Positions 8,927 through 19,335 of a stretch of 64,000 nucleotides of DNA are shown here, in pieces. Origin of the DNA: Escherichia phage vB-EcoP-XT18. The stretch lies in sequence record OR757434.1; one strand, given 5' to 3'. Within the stretch, counting starts at the first letter, position 1, and every line of letters starts with the position of its first letter. Made by a program: the position numbers and the translations under genes. The notes below the pieces were generated by a model, which was not told the origin of the DNA, did no database searches, and worked only from the letters and a program-made list of their open reading frames with translations.

Positions 8927-9660
8927 GTCGTCGTCAATCACGGAAAGAATCACGGAAAGACCTTCGTCGGGAAGCACTTGTCACTCGTAAGGGTAAGCGC
9001 GAGTTTGAAGAGGTGGTTTTAGCAAAGCCTGTAGTCCCTCAGAACCAGTTCCAGTCTGAACTGCTCAATGCTATCAAGACTAAACAAGTTGTGTTCACAG
9101 ACGCTCCTGCGGGCTGCGGGAAGACCTTTGTAATCACTTCCACAGTTATTGATGCACTGAAGAGTGGTAAGATTCAGAAGATCATTCTGAGTCGCCCTTC
9201 TGTTGGCATGGGTAACTCACTTGGGTTGCTTCCGGGAGGAATGCGTGAGAAATTTGAACCATATCTGATGCCAATCATTGATGTTATTACTCAGAGATAT
9301 GGTAAGGGGTTCTATGAATGCCAGCTCGGTAATAGTAACATTGAGTTTGTACCTCTGGAGTATCTCCGTGGTCGTTCTTTCAATGATGCTATCGTTATCG
9401 TTGATGAGTTCCAGAACACCACTAAAGATGAAGCCTTCTCAATCATGACTCGATTGGGAGAAACCTCTCAGCTGTTCTGCATGGGTGATACAAACCAGCA
9501 TGATATGCGTGGTCGTGAGAGTGGTCTTACTTGGGCTACTAACTTTATTGATGAACATGATCTGTATGAGTTCGCTGAGATTGTAGACGGCGAATCAGAT
9601 GACATTGTTCGTTCTGGTTTCTGTAAAGCTATTGTTAAAGCAATGGAAAAGAAAGCTTAA
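8923..9660 (+). CDS. phoH: PhoH-like ATPase
   Basis: Walker A APAGCGKT, Walker B IVIVDEFQN. Confidence 0.8.
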   Translation: MSRRQSRKESRKDLRREALVTRKGKREFEEVVLAKPVVPQNQFQSELLNAIKTKQVVFTDAPAGCGKTFVITSTVIDALKSGKIQKIILSRPSVGMGNSLGLLPGGMREKFEPYLMPIIDVITQRYGKGFYECQLGNSNIEFVPLEYLRGRSFNDAIVIVDEFQNTTKDEAFSIMTRLGETSQLFCMGDTNQHDMRGRESGLTWATNFIDEHDLYEFAEIVDGESDDIVRSGFCKAIVKAMEKKA

Positions 9661-9671
9661 ACAGTAACTTA

Positions 9672-9680
9672 TAATGTATA
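9672..9680 (+). promoter_or_regulatory. TAATGTATA, putative phage-sigma-dependent promoter
   Basis: motif about 35 nt upstream of the 9717 ATG; same 9-mer recurs upstream of other genes on both strands. Confidence 0.45.
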
Positions 9681-9716
9681 CTCCTTAGTGTACACTGATA
9701 TATTAAGGAGTTTTAA

Positions 9717-10040
9717 ATGGCAGACCATGTAGGAAAGAGAGATTATGCACAAGAAAGACGTACCGCCATCGCAAGGGGTGAAACGGGAATTGGTAGCAAG
9801 AGCGGAGATGCTCAGCGCCACCGTGCACGTCGCATCGTTGAAAAGCGCGATGGAAAAGCTGCTGTCAGAGGTAAAGACGTTGGACACAAGCGAGCCATCA
9901 AGTCAGGAGGCTCTAATGCGTCAAGCAACTTACGTGTTGAAACAGTCAGCGGAAATCGTTCAGCTGGCGGCAAAAGTGGAGATCGAGCTGGGAAGGCAGC
10001 TGGCGCTGCTAAGCGAAAAGGAGCTTTAAGCTCCTCGTAA
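9717..10040 (+). CDS. basic Gly/Lys/Arg-rich protein, possibly nucleic-acid binding
   Basis: AAGGAG RBS 6 nt before the ATG; an alternative frame 9745-10029 is also open. Confidence 0.45.
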   Translation: MADHVGKRDYAQERRTAIARGETGIGSKSGDAQRHRARRIVEKRDGKAAVRGKDVGHKRAIKSGGSNASSNLRVETVSGNRSAGGKSGDRAGKAAGAAKRKGALSSS

Positions 10041-10044
10041 TATG

Positions 10045-10075
10045 AGGCTACCCAAATGGGTGGCCTTTTCTTTTA
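10045..10075 (+). terminator. rho-independent terminator
   Basis: 9-bp stem AGGCUACCC/GGGUGGCCU with one G-U, then UUUCUUUUAU. Confidence 0.6.
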
Positions 10076-10108
10076 TATAAACCGAATTAAACTTCTTAGG
10101 TAATAACT

Positions 10109-10357
10109 ATGTCTATTGTAAAAACTGTAACTATTATTGATGTAATGACTGTCCGTCTGGTTAAGTGGAAATTCACCAACAATCATGGCATTGCTAATCT
10201 CATTGCAAACCAGATTGGTCATAACCCAAAAACAGCTCGTACTAACGTAATCCTCCGTGGTGCTGATGGGAAGTTCATTTCTTATAAGAATAAAGATGTA
10301 GAGAAAGAATTCCGTGTTGCAGTAGAAAACCTCATCCCATTCCCTAAAGGAGTTTAA
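10109..10357 (+). CDS. hypothetical protein, tandem paralog 1
   Basis: shares KTART.V.LR...GKFISY....PFPKG with 10359-10634. Confidence 0.5.
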   Translation: MSIVKTVTIIDVMTVRLVKWKFTNNHGIANLIANQIGHNPKTARTNVILRGADGKFISYKNKDVEKEFRVAVENLIPFPKGV

Positions 10358-10358
10358 T

Positions 10359-10634
10359 ATGAATAAATTAGCTATGGTTCAGATTCGAGACATATACCCT
10401 AACCATCCGGAGAAAACTTGGTCTTATCTGTTGACTGAAAGCAAGACTATTGACACATATCTTGCAGGGGTTGACACTATCCCAACCAGTATCACATTGC
10501 TCCCTCACAAAACAGCCAGAACCCATGTGATGTTACGTGACAGCAAAGGTAAGTTTATCTCTTATCGAGATGCTCGAATCAATAGCGAAATTAAATCTGC
10601 TATGGAATCTTTAACGCCATTCCCAAAAGGTTGA
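10359..10634 (+). CDS. hypothetical protein, tandem paralog 2
   Basis: paralog of 10109-10357. Confidence 0.5.
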   Translation: MNKLAMVQIRDIYPNHPEKTWSYLLTESKTIDTYLAGVDTIPTSITLLPHKTARTHVMLRDSKGKFISYRDARINSEIKSAMESLTPFPKG

Positions 10635-10797
10635 GTGATGAAAGAATACATTTACGTAGGAAAGCGCTGGGTCGGTGATGAATGGGAAGGTGGATACAGC
10701 GTTGTGAAAGCTTTTAAGTCTGAAGAAGATGCTAAGGCGTGGGTCTTAAAAGATGACGTTGGTGAGAGAACTTACATTGAAGTAGAGGTGGAGTAGA

Positions 10798-11214
10798 ATG
10801 CCATTACCAGCTAGACATCAAAACAGATTCCTAGTTCTCAAGTGGGATGATATCGAAATGAATCTCACTGAACACGAACTTGATTTGTTCCATGAACTGT
10901 TGTCAGAGATTCGCTCTGGTATCCCTGATCGTCAGTATGTAGTTATCAGTGATAAGCACCCTCAAGAGTTTGAAGAAGTTTGGGGTATGAAGTTAGCTTA
11001 TATCCAGAGAGCTATTCGAGAAAGAGAAGAAGTCGCTAACCAAAGGGTTGTGGCCCATTTAGTACGAGAGCAACCTCGTGAAGCTGGGGCTAACCATGCA
11101 CCACCTCCTCCTCGTACAGTTATCAATGGGATGGTTAGGGCTTATAGTGACGAAGCTACCATGTTAGATGTGGTAGAAGATAACCAAGCATTTACAGATT
11201 TACTTTACCAATAA
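10798..11214 (+). CDS. hypothetical protein
   Basis: ORF immediately upstream of the polymerase-domain gene. Confidence 0.45.
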   Translation: MPLPARHQNRFLVLKWDDIEMNLTEHELDLFHELLSEIRSGIPDRQYVVISDKHPQEFEEVWGMKLAYIQRAIREREEVANQRVVAHLVREQPREAGANHAPPPPRTVINGMVRAYSDEATMLDVVEDNQAFTDLLYQ

Positions 11215-11230
11215 TTTAAAGGAGTATAAA

Positions 11231-13075
11231 GTGAGCAACCCGGACGCTCTCCCATTTTTGACAGAGATGACTGTCGCTGATATAATCTCTAAGCAAGCGA
11301 AGCACGGAGTGAGTTTCAACCGAAGAAATGCTCGGTGGTATGTTCACCTCCTTAAAGAGATTATTGTTAATATTGACAAAGAACTGATTCCTCTCTTACC
11401 TAAGATGCGATTAGATGGCTCTACTTACATGAAACCATTTAAGAAGTCTGGAGCTTTACAGAAATGGCCTCAAGCCTATTGTGATAGAGTTGGACTTAAG
11501 AGAGAAGACATTGGTGGAGCATTCACCTGTGTTGAATACGTAGACTTTGACCCATCGAAAGATGCACGAGTTAAAGAAGCCCTTATGGATGAGGGTTTTC
11601 TTCCTCCAGAGTTTAACGTATCAAAGAAACCTTGGAATACTTTTGAAATCAAGAAAGATATGCGAAAGTATGGAACATACCAAGCATGGTATTCAGCTTG
11701 GATGCGAGGTAATGCTAAACAGAAGCAGACAGCCGAGATGGTTGACGCTGATATTAGGAAGTTCTTAGAAAAGCATTTTAGGTTTAAGACTAAGAACTAT
11801 ATGAAGGCTTATGTATTTGGTTTAGGTTTAAATCCTAACCGACGTAGACCTATCACTTTTGACGAGATTAAGATAGCACTAGCTACCTCAAACAAGTGGC
11901 CTACAGCTCCTACAAACCTCGAGGAGACTCTTGAAGAAGGGTTAGGGGGTGAGTTAGGAAGTGTCGGAAGTTTGCTTAAGAGACGCGTTGTAGCGGCTCA
12001 CAGGCTAGGTCTTATCAGTGGACTAATAGCAAAGGAACGCGAAGATGGTAAACTTTCGGCAGAAGCTAACAGCTGCGCTACGCCGACTTTTCGATTCAAA
12101 CATCGTATCGTGGTTAATATTCCCTCCCGTGGTTTGTTTGGTCATGAGTGTCGCAGTTTGTTTGAGTCTGACTATAACTCAGATGATGATCACTCTCGTC
12201 CTTTCGTTATTACTAACGTTGTTCCTGATGGTTGTTATATACGAAAAGGTACTAACGTAATTTACGAGAAAGGTAAGCCGGGGAAGAAAGATAAGCCTGT
12301 AGGTGCTTACAAATATTACATACCCGCTGGTAAAGAAGTATTCTTAGGGTATGATGGTTCTGGGTTAGAGTTGCGTATGCTGGTACATTATCTAGTAAAA
12401 GAGTGCCTTGATATGATGGAGGAGGCTAAACTAGAAAATGACAAAGTTAAATATCTAAGAGCTGAGAAAGGCTTAGAAGCTGCCTATACATACAGAGATG
12501 TACTGCTGTCTGGTGATATTCATTCCCACAATCAGAAACTCGCTGGGCTTCCAACTCGTGACAATGCAAAAACCTTCATCTATGGATTCCTGTATGGAGC
12601 AGGAGCAGCTAAAATTGGGGAAATAGTTGGAGGGGGTGCTCAAGAAGGTGAAATTCTTAGAGAGCGATTCTTAGCGGAATGTCCTTGTATTCCTATCGTA
12701 CTGGAGAGAGTTCAGGCCCGAGCGGAATCAGGCACTTTGGAAGGTGTGGATGGTCGTAAGTTAACTATGAGACGAGATGCTACTGGTAAGGTTATGGTGC
12801 ATAAAGCACTGAATACTCTACTTCAGAGTGCAGGTGCCATTGTCATGAAGTACTCTATTCTGTTTACAAACAAATGGGTAGAGCAGCAGAATATTAGAGG
12901 AAACAAAGTGATCGATTATCATGATGAAGCACAGTGGTCTGTCAACCGTAACGACGTTGATAAAATGAAGAAGATAGCTGAGACTTGTGTTAAGAAGGCA
13001 GGTGAATATCTAAACATGCACTGTGAACTAGCTTCTGATTGTAAAATCGGATTGAATTGGATGCAAACTCACTAA
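11231..13075 (+). CDS. Family-A DNA polymerase, polymerase domain (part 2 of the split polymerase)
   Basis: GYDGSGLELRML, SGDIHSHNQKLAGLPTRDNAKTFIYGFLYGAG and DYHDEAQ correspond to T7 gp5 motifs A, B and C. Confidence 0.85.
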   Translation: MSNPDALPFLTEMTVADIISKQAKHGVSFNRRNARWYVHLLKEIIVNIDKELIPLLPKMRLDGSTYMKPFKKSGALQKWPQAYCDRVGLKREDIGGAFTCVEYVDFDPSKDARVKEALMDEGFLPPEFNVSKKPWNTFEIKKDMRKYGTYQAWYSAWMRGNAKQKQTAEMVDADIRKFLEKHFRFKTKNYMKAYVFGLGLNPNRRRPITFDEIKIALATSNKWPTAPTNLEETLEEGLGGELGSVGSLLKRRVVAAHRLGLISGLIAKEREDGKLSAEANSCATPTFRFKHRIVVNIPSRGLFGHECRSLFESDYNSDDDHSRPFVITNVVPDGCYIRKGTNVIYEKGKPGKKDKPVGAYKYYIPAGKEVFLGYDGSGLELRMLVHYLVKECLDMMEEAKLENDKVKYLRAEKGLEAAYTYRDVLLSGDIHSHNQKLAGLPTRDNAKTFIYGFLYGAGAAKIGEIVGGGAQEGEILRERFLAECPCIPIVLERVQARAESGTLEGVDGRKLTMRRDATGKVMVHKALNTLLQSAGAIVMKYSILFTNKWVEQQNIRGNKVIDYHDEAQWSVNRNDVDKMKKIAETCVKKAGEYLNMHCELASDCKIGLNWMQTH

Positions 13076-13451
13076 ATTCAGAACTGAAAGATTGGAATAC
13101 AAATGAACTAGTCTTATTGATTAGTTCATAACAAGGAGATTGAAGTGGAAGAGATGCAATCGGATTGGTGTTATCGTCAGAGCGCCATCTGTAATGAACA
13201 AGGACGTCCTGATGAAGCTGAGTTTTATTTAGAACTCGCTGAACTATGGAAAGAGAGAGAGGAAAAGAATGACTGCAACTGAATTGAAAGAAACCATGTC
13301 CACTGAAGAAGGTAAAGCTTTCTTCCTAACTCAAGTACACTCTATGGGTAAAGATGCCCTTCGCCAAGCAGTCGTTGAGCTTACTGGTGTAGTGATTGAC
13401 TTGAGTATTGAAAATGAAACACTTGAAGCTAAAGTAAAAAGTTAAATAAGA

Positions 13452-13476
13452 AGCTGCCTTAGGGCGGCTTTTCTTG
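13452..13476 (+). terminator. rho-independent terminator
   Basis: AGCUGCC-UUAG-GGCGGCU then UUUCUUG. Confidence 0.5.
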
Positions 13477-13491
13477 TCTAAAGGATTTGAC

Positions 13492-13884
13492 ATGAATATT
13501 GGTTTAGATTACGATGATACTTACACCTCAGATAAGAAGCTGTGGCGCTCTGTGGTGGCATTAATGCAAGCTAAAGGTTATGATGTACGTTTTGTAACTT
13601 ATCGCTTTGCAGAGCCTAATGGATATGATAATCACGACATTAAGATTGATGCAGAGTGTTTGCAAATTCCTATCATCTTTTGTAATGGTGTGCAGAAGGA
13701 TGAGGTTTGTCGACAGTTAGGTTTCTTTGTAGATATCTGGATTGACGATTTCCCTGTTGGAATCCCCAAAAAGGACCACCTAGATGGTATGCTGAAGGGT
13801 GTAAGACTTAATGACCTTAGGGCAGCACCTCCTGTAGAAATAGCCGCTCCTGTGTACTCTGAAGAGCCTCTGGTGATTCGATGA
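13492..13884 (+). CDS. HAD-like phosphatase or nucleotidase
   Basis: DYDDT fits HAD motif I (DxDxT); IWIDDFP fits the acidic motif; ATG at 13492 has an AAGGA RBS. Confidence 0.45.
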   Translation: MNIGLDYDDTYTSDKKLWRSVVALMQAKGYDVRFVTYRFAEPNGYDNHDIKIDAECLQIPIIFCNGVQKDEVCRQLGFFVDIWIDDFPVGIPKKDHLDGMLKGVRLNDLRAAPPVEIAAPVYSEEPLVIR

Positions 13885-14048
13885 AAAAGTATAGTGTATG
13901 GTTTAACGAGGTAGAAGAAGGTTTTGATGAAGTTGGTGGATGGGTTAATATCCTAAACACTGATGATATAGAAGAGGCCGAGAAGTGCGCCCTAAACTAT
14001 AACTCTGGATATTATGAAAGAAATTGGGAATACGAGGAAGAAGTATGA
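13881..14048 (+). CDS. small acidic hypothetical protein (55 aa)
   Basis: ATG overlaps the upstream stop (ATGA); below the track cutoff. Confidence 0.3.
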   Translation: MKKYSVWFNEVEEGFDEVGGWVNILNTDDIEEAEKCALNYNSGYYERNWEYEEEV

Positions 14049-14266
14049 TTTGGATTCACACTTATAGAATTGGAAAGAAAGGGCTTACTACTGTTCACAC
14101 ATCTGAAGACAGTGCTAAAGCATCTCAGGCTGTACTGAAAGGAAAGATCACACCTTATGTAGTCGCTGAAGAAAAGAAAAGTCCTCCGGTTCTAGAATAT
14201 CTAGGAACAGGTAAGGCTTACACAGCACTGGATGTTATTAACAACAAACAAGGAGATGTGGTGTAA
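14045..14266 (+). CDS. hypothetical protein
   Basis: ATGA coupling; ORF. Confidence 0.35.
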   Translation: MIWIHTYRIGKKGLTTVHTSEDSAKASQAVLKGKITPYVVAEEKKSPPVLEYLGTGKAYTALDVINNKQGDVV

Positions 14267-14483
14267 AATGGAATACATTGATAAATACTCAAGTGAAGAT
14301 TCAAAAGACGCTGAAGTTTTGTTCGTACTGAAAACAGACTGTTTAGAACATGGACAGCTTATCAACTTTATTGAATTGGCAAAACTTAAAGAAGAAATTG
14401 ATCAACTATACAGTGATGAGCAATCCAGATTACTTTCCTTGTCCCTGCTAGGTGACTTAACCTGTGATGGTTGCATGATATGA
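14232..14483 (+). CDS. hypothetical protein
   Basis: ORF. Confidence 0.3.
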   Translation: MLLTTNKEMWCKMEYIDKYSSEDSKDAEVLFVLKTDCLEHGQLINFIELAKLKEEIDQLYSDEQSRLLSLSLLGDLTCDGCMI

Positions 14484-14953
14484 TAGAAGATCTTCTGGAT
14501 GAGTTCTTTGTTTGTGATTTATCATCTGGGAAAGTGTTCTGGAGAATTCACAACGGAACAAAATGCAGGCGGGGTGACGAGGCAGGAACTTCAAAAAAGG
14601 ATGGAAGAGTGCTTATTCGATTGAAAGGAAGAGCCATTTACAGATACCACATCATTTGGTATTTTGCTAATGGTGTTTTACCTAAAGATCAAATAGATCA
14701 CATTGATCGAAACCCTTCCAACGATTCCATAGGCAACCTTAGAGAAGTTAACAACGAGAATAATTCTTGGAACAAGGGTTTGAACTCTAACAACACATCA
14801 GGAGCTAAGGGCGTATACCTCAATTCAAGAGGGAAGTACATAGCCAACATACATATTAGAGGTAAAACTAAATACCTAGGAACTTTCTCAACCCTAGAGG
14901 AAGCCGTCTCTGTTAGAAACAGAGCGGAGGAAGATCATAAATTAACTACCTAA
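14471..14953 (+). CDS. HNH homing endonuclease
   Basis: IDHIDRNPSNDSIGNLREV HNH core. Confidence 0.75.
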   Translation: MHDMIEDLLDEFFVCDLSSGKVFWRIHNGTKCRRGDEAGTSKKDGRVLIRLKGRAIYRYHIIWYFANGVLPKDQIDHIDRNPSNDSIGNLREVNNENNSWNKGLNSNNTSGAKGVYLNSRGKYIANIHIRGKTKYLGTFSTLEEAVSVRNRAEEDHKLTT

Positions 14954-14962
14954 GAGGTCTTT

Positions 14963-15601
14963 ATGGCTGAAGTTTATTTTGCAGGAGATGGTCACTTAGG
15001 CCATCGAAACATCTGTAGTTTTCGTAAGCAATTTAAAAACATCGAAGAACATGACAAAGCAATTCTGGCTGCTTTTGACCACGTAACCAAACGTGATAAA
15101 GTTTTCTTTACCGGTGATTGGGTGTTTGAAAAGTATGCCCTTGACATCATCGCTGAAGTTAGAGGAGAGAAGCATCTGGTCTTAGGAAATCATGACAGAT
15201 TAGAACTTCTCCCTGATATGATGAAAGTCTTCCGTAGAATCTCTGGTGACTTTAAATATAAAGAGTTTTGGGTAACTCATATTCCTATTCACTCTGATGA
15301 AATGAGAGGAAAGTATAATATCTATGCTCATACTCATAATTCTACTATCAGAGATTGGAGATACTTTTGTACTTCTATGGAACAGATTGATTACAGAGCT
15401 GTGTCTCTGCAAGAAATTCGTAAAGAGTTCGCTGCAAGAAAAAGCATTTTAGAAACTACATTATTTCCAGTGGGAGATAAAAGTAGAGAGCAATTGGATG
15501 AAATCCGAAAGAAGATTCAATTAGAATCTCAAGCAGAATCTAACTTACTTTTTCAGAGAACAGTAGAACAAACTAGTTTTAAAGGTCTTTTAGAATGGTA
15601 G
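14963..15601 (+). CDS. calcineurin-like metallophosphoesterase
   Basis: GDGHLGH, FTGDWV, LGNHD and HTH metal-ligand motifs. Confidence 0.6.
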   Translation: MAEVYFAGDGHLGHRNICSFRKQFKNIEEHDKAILAAFDHVTKRDKVFFTGDWVFEKYALDIIAEVRGEKHLVLGNHDRLELLPDMMKVFRRISGDFKYKEFWVTHIPIHSDEMRGKYNIYAHTHNSTIRDWRYFCTSMEQIDYRAVSLQEIRKEFAARKSILETTLFPVGDKSREQLDEIRKKIQLESQAESNLLFQRTVEQTSFKGLLEW

Positions 15602-15867
15602 AAGTTATTGTTTTAAGTTAAGTTTTCTTTTGATTTTAATAGAGAATCAAAGTCCTAGGAGTCCTCAACCTAAATCAAGGATTTCCTCAATTCTCTATTT
15701 TTATCTCGCAGGTGTCTCCTGCCCTTCGGTACTTGCAAGGGTTACGATGATTGCCCAATATACAAGCCTGCAATAGCTTTACTAGCTATACAATATATAC
15801 ATTACTAGTGTGTTATATCTACTACCAAAGATACTTATATTATATAGTACCCTTATCGGTATAAGCG

Positions 15868-15876
15868 TAATGTATA
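15868..15876 (+). promoter_or_regulatory. TAATGTATA, putative phage-sigma-dependent promoter
   Basis: in the 330-bp intergenic region upstream of 15935; an inverted copy lies at 15795-15803. Confidence 0.45.
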
Positions 15877-15934
15877 CTATACATAACCGCTCAAAGAGAG
15901 CAACAATCTTTCAAATTAAATAAGGAAATTAATA

Positions 15935-16681
15935 ATGAGCATGATCCCAACTATCGCAACTTCTTCTCGTAAATCCAACTACGATATTATCCCTGATGGT
16001 GAATATGAAGCACGTATCGTTCGTGTAGTAGGTTTGGGTGTTCACAATCGTGATCCTTGGGTTGACCCGAAGACCAAAGCAGTAACTCCTAAGAATCCAG
16101 CTTTCCGTATGGATTTGGCTTTCGAGCTGATTGGTGTTGATGCTACTGGTAAAGATTCCGATGGTAAGGCATTAGAACCACGTCCTGCTTGCCAGTTCAA
16201 GAGTTATGATGTAAACCCACGAGCTAAGAACTCTGGTATTCTTGATCTCTGCAAGATGATTGACCCAAGCATTCAAGCACTGAAAGGTGATCTGTCTTGG
16301 TTTAAGGATGTGTTGTTAGGTCAGCCTGTTAACATTCTGGTTAACTCCTACACTAACAAAGCTGGTGAAGTTAAAAACTCCATCAAGACCATTTCTCCAA
16401 TCCCAACCAAATATCGTGCAGCAGTTGGTGAAGCTCGCAGTCCTCTGGTATTCTTCGAACCGTATGCGGAAACCGATGAGAACGTAGCATCCTATCAACT
16501 GATGTTCCCGTTCCAGCGCAACCTGCTTACTCAAGCTAATGACGCTAAGAACATGCCTCTGGCTGGTCGTGAAATTACTCGTGCTTCTGAAACAGAGCAG
16601 AAAGAAGCTACTCCTTCAATCCCTACGATTGATAAAGAGCCTGCTTCTACTTATGAAGATGACAACGACAGCCCATTCTGA
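15935..16681 (+). CDS. hypothetical protein, possibly ssDNA-binding
   Basis: acidic C-terminal tail ending in Phe (YEDDNDSPF), as in T7 gp2.5; promoter-gene-terminator cassette. Confidence 0.3.
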   Translation: MSMIPTIATSSRKSNYDIIPDGEYEARIVRVVGLGVHNRDPWVDPKTKAVTPKNPAFRMDLAFELIGVDATGKDSDGKALEPRPACQFKSYDVNPRAKNSGILDLCKMIDPSIQALKGDLSWFKDVLLGQPVNILVNSYTNKAGEVKNSIKTISPIPTKYRAAVGEARSPLVFFEPYAETDENVASYQLMFPFQRNLLTQANDAKNMPLAGREITRASETEQKEATPSIPTIDKEPASTYEDDNDSPF

Positions 16682-16702
16682 TAACTCTCCTTGTTATAGC
16701 TT

Positions 16703-16726
16703 AGCCACCTTCGGGTGGCTTTTTTC
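16703..16726 (+). terminator. rho-independent terminator
   Basis: perfect stem AGCCACC-UUCG-GGUGGCU then UUUUUU. Confidence 0.75.
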
Positions 16727-16738
16727 GTTGGAGTCAAT

Positions 16739-17089
16739 ATGCAAAGCACTTTAAGTGATAATCTAGGATTTGTTATCTTCTCTGCTCTGGTGTTCTTTGG
16801 TGGTATGAAGTTTAATGAGTACAGAACAGACAGTAACAATCTGGATAAAGAAAAGCATCAACAAGAGTTAGAGATTGAAAGAAGTAAGGCAGCTGATGAA
16901 GTTGCTCAGAGAGTTCTTACCGGTTTATCCAACTGGAAGAAGAACACGGAAACCGTTTATAAAGAGATGCATTATGAGAAAACTAAACCAGTTTTTTATA
17001 ATGTCTGCGCTAGTGATGACTACATCCGCATGTTCAACGAGCGACAGCAGCAGGCAATCGATGCCCTTACCAACAAACCTAAAAGCTGA
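16739..17089 (+). CDS. i-spanin (Rz-like)
   Basis: N-terminal TMD LGFVIFSALVFFGG, periplasmic coiled coil, single Cys; overlapped by the next gene. Confidence 0.55.
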   Translation: MQSTLSDNLGFVIFSALVFFGGMKFNEYRTDSNNLDKEKHQQELEIERSKAADEVAQRVLTGLSNWKKNTETVYKEMHYEKTKPVFYNVCASDDYIRMFNERQQQAIDALTNKPKS

Positions 17090-17230
17090 ATGTAGGGTTG
17101 ACCTGCCTCTTTTAGAGAGTGCTCAAGGAAAGGCACTAGCCACTACGTTGGAGTGGTATCAGGACCAGTACACAGAATGTGCTGCTAATCACAATGGATT
17201 GTTAGAAGCTCTGAAAGAGCGTGGAGTAGA

Positions 17231-17234
<4 letters not shown>
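16974..17234 (+). CDS. o-spanin (Rz1-like lipoprotein), overlapped architecture
   Basis: starts inside the i-spanin gene in another frame; lipoprotein-like signal ending TSAC; Pro-rich with conserved Cys. Confidence 0.5.
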
Positions 17235-18720
<1,486 letters not shown>

Positions 18721-18730
<10 letters not shown>

Positions 18731-19335
18731 GTAATGAGCCTAAACCTTTAGTAGTAATTCTTAATGGGCCTCCGGGTTGTGGTAAGGATACGATAGCTGA
18801 GGAGTGGTTACTAAAATCCCACATTGCGTCTTATTCTCGTTATATTAAATCATTTAAAGAGCCTATGTACAAAGTCGCCTCCGCAGCATTAGGTTTGAAC
18901 TTGGAGGATTTTCTGGAGTTTTATAAAGATCGAAACTGGAAAGAAAAACCTAGGCCTGAATGGGGAGGTAGGTCTGTCAGAGATTTAATGATTTCCACAA
19001 GTGAAGATTACTTAAAACCTATGTTTGGTAAGAACTACATGGGAACCCAAGCAGTAAATAGTATCAAGTCAGAAGGAAGGAATCACAATGATGTTATCCT
19101 GTTTACTGATGGTGGGTTTGAAGCAGAGGTGAGAGAGCTAGAAAAGTCTTTCAATGTAGTAGTAGTTCAAGTTCACAGGAATGGTTGTGATTTTTCTGGA
19201 GATTCTAGGAATTATATTGAAGGGGAGCAGTTAGAAACTTGTACATTATCCAACAATCGAACTATTTCGGAAGCTCGGTACTACTTGGATTGGATTATAG
19301 CTGAAAATAGAGATAAAGTTTATGGAAGAAGTTAA
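18721..19335 (+). CDS. P-loop kinase, probably deoxynucleoside monophosphate kinase
   Basis: Walker A NGPPGCGKDT; resembles T4 gp1 dNMP kinase by eye. Confidence 0.55.

Noticed and set aside
15935-16681. Confident assignment as a T7 gp2.5-type SSB
   Set aside because: Only the acidic C-terminal tail ending in Phe supports it, and the gene sits behind a putative middle/late promoter; left as a low-confidence call.
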